The position numbers and the translations under genes were made by a program. The notes beneath the pieces are model-generated. The model worked only from the letters and a program-made list of their open reading frames with translations, was not told where the DNA came from and searched no databases. A DNA stretch of 32,000 bases. It comes from an archaeon. Its GTDB lineage: Archaea; Iainarchaeota; Iainarchaeia; Iainarchaeales; 1-14-0-10-31-34. The stretch lies in NCBI GenBank assembly GCA_024277355.1, contig JAJRVL010000004.1, forward strand, positions 90,001-122,000, written 5' to 3'. Positions 27,159-32,000 of this stretch are shown piece after piece. The first letter of the stretch is position 1; each line of letters starts with the position of its first letter.

Positions 27159-27878
27159 TTAAAGTCTGCTTAAATATTTTGCAATAAAAGGGCTTTCAAT
27201 CAATAAAGCCTTTTCATCTTCTTCTTTTTTTTCATTAAAAAACAACAAAACTTTTTTGTTGTCAAACAACATAAACCTTGAATTATTTTTTGACTGAATT
27301 ACATTAAAATCCTTGAATTCCCTGCCTATTCTGCTTCCATTAACTGAATTCAACACAAATTTCAAACCAATACCTTTATCTTTTAAACTCTTGAATTTTG
27401 TGTTAAAGGACTGTATTTTCTTTAAAGCATTAGCTTCAGATGTAGAAATAACCACGCTTTCCTGTGCATTTTTTAATGATTCAGCTATAATATGGTTTAT
27501 TTGGTTGCCTGAAACACTCCATGCCTGAGAAAAGCTTTCTTTTTGAGGAACTTTATCAAACTTCTTTTTTAATAATCCTTTTAATGAATTCATTTCATTT
27601 AACTGGCTTTCAAAAGCCTTTCTTTTTTGTTTTTCAAAATTAACTAAAGCTTTTTCTGGTTCAACTGCCTTAAATGAAACAGGTCTTCCAATTGAAATCA
27701 TTACAAAACCTTTTTTTTCTAATACTAATAAAACATCATAAACTCTTGCTCGAGGAATTCCTGCTTTTTTGCTTATCTCAGAAGCAGTTAAAAGGTTCCC
27801 TGAACTTAAAGAAGAATAAACTTTTGATTCATATTCATTTAAACCAATTCTTTTCAGCAAAGCAGTTAATTCATTCAT
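27159..27878 (-). CDS. TrmB-like transcriptional regulator
   Basis: LLKRIGLNEYESKVYSSLSSGNLLTASEISKKAGIPRARVYDVLLVLEKKGFV N-terminal TrmB wHTH; C-terminal effector-like region. Confidence 0.85.
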   Translation of the reverse strand: MNELTALLKRIGLNEYESKVYSSLSSGNLLTASEISKKAGIPRARVYDVLLVLEKKGFVMISIGRPVSFKAVEPEKALVNFEKQKRKAFESQLNEMNSLKGLLKKKFDKVPQKESFSQAWSVSGNQINHIIAESLKNAQESVVISTSEANALKKIQSFNTKFKSLKDKGIGLKFVLNSVNGSRIGREFKDFNVIQSKNNSRFMLFDNKKVLLFFNEKKEEDEKALLIESPFIAKYLSRL

Positions 27879-27919
27879 CTAATAACCCCTAAAATAGCGG
27901 ACAGATAAATAATGCTGTT

Positions 27920-28747
27920 TTATTTTAAATTCTTTTCGTTTTGCTTTTTCCACAAAACAACAACAATAACTAAATAAACAAGATAAGATAACACTTCAAT
28001 TAATGATGGATTTCCATTATATCCAAATAATCCTTTTGCAATACTTCCAATTAATCCTTTTTCATGAAGCAAAGGAAAACTTCCATCAGCATTTAATGCA
28101 GGATTAATATTCCAGACTTCATTAATTATTACCGGAACAACTCCTGCTTCCTGTAATTCATGTATTCCATGAGAAGTTAAACCTGCAGCAAACAAAATTA
28201 ATAAAATACCTGTAATTCCAAAAAACTTTTTTATATTAATTTTTTTTGAACTGACAAACAATAAATAACCTAAAAATACTGCCCCAATAATTCCTGCAAA
28301 AGCACCAATTAAATTTGATGAACCTGAAGCAAAAAAAGATGCATTTAAGAAAATAACTGTTTCAATTCCTTCTCTTAAAACCAAAACAAAAACTAAAAAG
28401 AATAAACCAAATTTTTTTGCTTCACTTATTTCAACTGAAACTTTTTCTTTTATTTCGCCTGCAATATTTTTTTGTTTTATCATCCATAAAATCATTGAAG
28501 TTAATAAAACAGAACCAATTAACATTGTTATTCCTTCAAATAAAGCTTCATTTTCAGCAAAGCCTCCTGCAATAAAACTAAACAGCACTGCTCCAATTAA
28601 ACTGAAAATTATTCCTGCAGCTAAACCAACAAAAACTATATTATTGTATTTTTCTTGTTTTGTTTTAGTTAAATAACCTAAAATTATTCCAATAATTAAA
28701 GCTAATTCTAATGCTTCCCGAAAAGTAATAATAAAATCAGCTATCAT
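27920..28747 (-). CDS. FTR1 family iron permease
   Basis: Two REXXE motifs: ITFREALELALIIGI and LVLREGIETVIFLNA; about seven TM segments. Confidence 0.88.
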   Translation of the reverse strand: MIADFIITFREALELALIIGIILGYLTKTKQEKYNNIVFVGLAAGIIFSLIGAVLFSFIAGGFAENEALFEGITMLIGSVLLTSMILWMIKQKNIAGEIKEKVSVEISEAKKFGLFFLVFVLVLREGIETVIFLNASFFASGSSNLIGAFAGIIGAVFLGYLLFVSSKKINIKKFFGITGILLILFAAGLTSHGIHELQEAGVVPVIINEVWNINPALNADGSFPLLHEKGLIGSIAKGLFGYNGNPSLIEVLSYLVYLVIVVVLWKKQNEKNLK

Positions 28748-28793
28748 CTAAAACAAAGAAATAAAAGAAAAGAATAAAAAGGTTAGGCAACCC

Positions 28794-31700
28794 TTAATTT
28801 TCAACTTCAAATACTCCTGTAACAAACTTATAGTCAATACATGAAAGACATTGAATTACATTTGAACAGGTTTTGCATGCTTCAGGTGTTTCAATCAGAG
28901 GTTTAGATTCAATTACTGTTGTATCTGAAACTTTTGTCGGCTTGCAGTAATCATTACCTAATTCTATTTCTTTCCCATAATTTTCTTTGAATATTCTGTA
29001 CCACGCAATAACACTTGGAACATATGTTTCTCTTGTGCTTGTTGCTTTAATTTCAGTACAAGAAACATTTTTTGGACCTGAATTATATCCTGCAATCTTT
29101 AATGCAGTTTTCCAGGTTGCTTTTGCAATTCCTGAATTAACTAACACTTTATTTAATTCTTCTTCATTACAGTTTAATCCATTAATCTCTTTTTCTAATG
29201 AATTATCTCCTGCTTCAGTTGAATTAAAATATCTTGTTCCTGCCCAAATACTATTTTCTGAGTCAGCCCAGCTTTCAGTTGTCTTCCAGTCTAAACCAAA
29301 AATATCCATCCAAGAATCTAAATTTGTTTTATGAATCTGCATTAAACCATAAGAACTTTCATTTCCGCTTTCATCAGGACCAATTGCATCAGGAACAAAA
29401 GAACTTTCCTGCTGAATTATTGCTCTGATTAAATCTGCGTCCATTGAATAATGATTTTCATTTCCATATCTTTCAATTAAAGAATCATATTTCTCTGCAT
29501 TCTTCATTGCGATAACACAATCTGCACTTTGTTTACCTAATCTTACTGTTTCTTTTTTTGTTACTTCTGCTTTAAAAGTAATTTTTTTATCTTCTCCTGG
29601 AGTTAAAACAATTGTAGTGTCTTCTGGAGTTAATTTAACGGTATAATCAGTTGAATCAGTTGGACTGCATAAATCATTAGGATATGGCGGTTGGTCACAA
29701 ACATAATCTAAACCATCTATTAAACTGCATGAATCTGGTGCAGGCGGCTGATCACAAATGTACAGTTCTCCAATTGTTGCAGGCACTTCAACTGGCTTTA
29801 ATGGAACTTCTTGTTCTTCATAAATTTCAATTACAACTCTTGTTGCATCAGGATAATTTGGAATTGGATCTAATCTTAAATCTTTAATCTCTCCTGGAAT
29901 CTGTTTTAGGATTTCATCTATTGCATCTTTAATTACATCTTCAGAACATTCAACTTCCAAGTCACATTCAATTGTTATTCCAATTTCAGTTGTATCTTTT
30001 GGAGTTGAGTCTGTTTTCATTTGAACTTCAATTGAAGCAGCTTCATAATTTGGTTCAACAAAAGTTCCTCCAAAAATTTCTTTTCCATCCGCATAACCTT
30101 TTAAATCACATTTTCCGTCTCCGGTTTTATCCTGACAAACAAAAAACTGGAAAGTAGAATTATCCCAATTTTTTAAAATTATTCTTGGCTGAGCTGAAGA
30201 AGAAAAAGATTCATAAGAAAAAGTCAATCCATTTTCTTTTGCATCAAGGAAATCAACTAAAACTGAAGTTCTAGGATAATAATTTAATGTTTTTATAGTG
30301 CTTGGAATTTCACCGTGTTTTGTTCCATTTTCATCAAATACAATAATTGAAAAAAACCCTTTTTTACTTTTATCATATTCCTGTAACATAACTGAAAATT
30401 GTTTGTCTGCTTTTGTTTCTGCTTTATCTAAATAAACTATATGTTCAGGAACTTTAGAACCTGGATTTCTTATTATTTTTTTTCCATCAACAGAAGCAAT
30501 CTGCAAGTTTTTTTGTTTTCCGTCAGAAGTTTTTGGAGTTTCTGAAGAAATTACCGGAGAATCAAATAACAATGAATCACTTTTTCCAAAAAACTTGTTT
30601 ATTCCGTTTTCACTAAAATCAATTATCCCAGTGTTTTCAGTTATTGGCTGAGGAAAAACTGCTCCAAACACACCATATATTATGTCTTTTAAATAATCAT
30701 AATAATTAGTTGAATTTGAATCCTTAATAATTAAATTATATTTTTTTCCTTTAATTAATTCAACAGTAAAACGATCTTTTTTTGCTATATCAGGATTAAT
30801 TACAATAATATCATTGTCTTCTTTTAATGCCTTAAAATCAATTATGTTTTCAAAGTTTTCTTTTGCAAAAACCTTGTAATTATCTTCTCCTAAAATTACA
30901 GTTAAAGTAAATTTATTATCTGGTTTTGAAACAATTGTTTTAGCAGTATCTTTTGGAACAGTAATTTGAGTGTTTTCTGCAGAATTACTCCAAACCCATG
31001 CTTTAGTTGCAGTTGAATCAGGAATTTTAATTGTTATTTCTTCTCCTTGAGAAAATAAAACAGGCCAAGTATTTATTCCTTCAGAATCCACTCTTAAAGT
31101 AGTAAATGGAACAAAAACTTCTTTTCCAGTTGAATCTTCTACAATTGGAGTAACTGAAACTGAATCCATTGCATTAATTACTTCTTCTGGAATTAAAACA
31201 TCAATTTTTGCTGTCTGTTTTTTTATGTTAATTTTATTTCTTAAATCAATTACAGTATCAGAAGAAACAATAATTTTATCTGAAACCCAATCCTGCAATT
31301 CAGAGGAATTTGAAATTAATTTTAATTTATAAGAATTTTTTGGAACTTTACCTGAAAGCAAAGCAAAAGAATTCTGTGAAAGATAAATTGATTTTGCATT
31401 AATTGTATCATAAAAATCAAAAGTTAATTTTCCTTCATTTAAATAATCCATTACTTCTAAACCTAAATTTATTTTTAAATTAAATTCTTTTTCTTCATAA
31501 AGTTGTTTTGTTTTAACTTGTTTTAATAAATCATAACCATCTAAAATAGAAAATTCAATTGTGTTTGCCTGGCTTGCAATAACAGATTTCAGTATTTGTC
31601 TGTTGCTGATTATTAATTCAATCGAAGTTCTTTCAGGTACAAAAGAAAATTCTAATACAGGAGTAGTTTTATCAAAAGAATCTAAACCAAAAAAATAAAC

Positions 31701-32000
31701 AAATAAGGGAAGTCCTTCTAATTTATATAAAACAGGAGTTTTTGGATCCAAATTTTCTGTTTCAAAAGAATATTTTCCGTTTCCTAAACTTTTAGCTAAA
31801 GGAATTTCTTTCAGTGTATCTGTTTCATTATAAGTTATTGCTAAAGAAACAGTGTTATCTGAATTAACTGAAACTAATTCGACATCAACAATTGAACAAG
31901 AAGCAGTTCTATTTGATGCAGTTAATTCAATTGATGCATTTGAAAATAATCCTGTACCACAATCATATTCTATAAAAGGAAATTCTTTACTTTCCATAAA
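28794..32000 (-). CDS. Very large surface protein with C-terminal lytic transglycosylase (SLT/GH23-like) domain; 5' end outside the window
   Basis: SLT motifs ADLIRAIIQQESSFVPDAI...SSYGLMQIHKTNLD...IWAGTRYF...ALKIAGYNSGP. The track's first Met (31997) has no signal peptide, and the preceding bases keep the frame open, so it is probably internal. Confidence 0.8.
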   Translation of the reverse strand, partial: FMESKEFPFIEYDCGTGLFSNASIELTASNRTASCSIVDVELVSVNSDNTVSLAITYNETDTLKEIPLAKSLGNGKYSFETENLDPKTPVLYKLEGLPLFVYFFGLDSFDKTTPVLEFSFVPERTSIELIISNRQILKSVIASQANTIEFSILDGYDLLKQVKTKQLYEEKEFNLKINLGLEVMDYLNEGKLTFDFYDTINAKSIYLSQNSFALLSGKVPKNSYKLKLISNSSELQDWVSDKIIVSSDTVIDLRNKINIKKQTAKIDVLIPEEVINAMDSVSVTPIVEDSTGKEVFVPFTTLRVDSEGINTWPVLFSQGEEITIKIPDSTATKAWVWSNSAENTQITVPKDTAKTIVSKPDNKFTLTVILGEDNYKVFAKENFENIIDFKALKEDNDIIVINPDIAKKDRFTVELIKGKKYNLIIKDSNSTNYYDYLKDIIYGVFGAVFPQPITENTGIIDFSENGINKFFGKSDSLLFDSPVISSETPKTSDGKQKNLQIASVDGKKIIRNPGSKVPEHIVYLDKAETKADKQFSVMLQEYDKSKKGFFSIIVFDENGTKHGEIPSTIKTLNYYPRTSVLVDFLDAKENGLTFSYESFSSSAQPRIILKNWDNSTFQFFVCQDKTGDGKCDLKGYADGKEIFGGTFVEPNYEAASIEVQMKTDSTPKDTTEIGITIECDLEVECSEDVIKDAIDEILKQIPGEIKDLRLDPIPNYPDATRVVIEIYEEQEVPLKPVEVPATIGELYICDQPPAPDSCSLIDGLDYVCDQPPYPNDLCSPTDSTDYTVKLTPEDTTIVLTPGEDKKITFKAEVTKKETVRLGKQSADCVIAMKNAEKYDSLIERYGNENHYSMDADLIRAIIQQESSFVPDAIGPDESGNESSYGLMQIHKTNLDSWMDIFGLDWKTTESWADSENSIWAGTRYFNSTEAGDNSLEKEINGLNCNEEELNKVLVNSGIAKATWKTALKIAGYNSGPKNVSCTEIKATSTRETYVPSVIAWYRIFKENYGKEIELGNDYCKPTKVSDTTVIESKPLIETPEACKTCSNVIQCLSCIDYKFVTGVFEVEN
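29643..29763 (-). repeat. Tandem ~20-aa coding repeat in the SLT surface protein
   Basis: YICDQPPAPDSCSLIDGLD followed by YVCDQPPYPNDLCSPTDSTD. Confidence 0.65.

Noticed and set aside
28987-30157. Plus-strand ORFs (115, 64, 67, 61 aa) opposite the SLT protein
   Set aside because: The minus frame contains catalytic SLT motifs; plus-strand products are low-complexity Leu/Gln.
1-32000. Search for CRISPR arrays, IS elements, integrases, tRNA and rRNA
   Set aside because: Intergenic gaps are short (mostly <160 bp) and none contains direct repeats with spacers, transposase-like ORFs, or tRNA-like sequence that I could recognise.

Overview
This AT-rich window looks archaeal, probably from a DPANN-like lineage; that placement is inferred from gene content and no marker RNA gene is visible. 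Recognisable genes: a KaiC/RadA-like ATPase, TraB family protein, Glu/Leu/Phe/Val dehydrogenase, Ogg2-type 8-oxoG DNA glycosylase, MetRS-beta/CsaA-like tRNA-binding protein, PHP phosphoesterase, SufS-type cysteine desulfurase, a bacterial-type MetK, an HTH-CBS regulator, a DUF5678-like/retropepsin-like pair, a nucleotidyltransferase with a small partner ORF, a TrmB-like regulator and an FTR1 iron permease. The most unusual content is the density of large secreted or membrane-anchored proteins. These are: (a) a minus-strand cassette, KaiC-like ATPase then two single-TM surface proteins with related cytoplasmic coiled-coil tails then a CARDB-like secreted protein running off the left edge; (b) a plus-strand pair, a TM protein with a long K/E/P linker and a TM-containing lipoprotein, that share a C-terminal ~45-aa module; (c) a three-gene overlapping plus-strand operon of Ig-like surface proteins; (d) a very large surface protein at the right edge carrying a lytic transglycosylase (SLT/GH23-like) domain, which is odd for an organism presumed to lack murein. 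No tRNA, rRNA, CRISPR array or recognisable transposon was seen. All assignments come from reading motifs; no database search was run.
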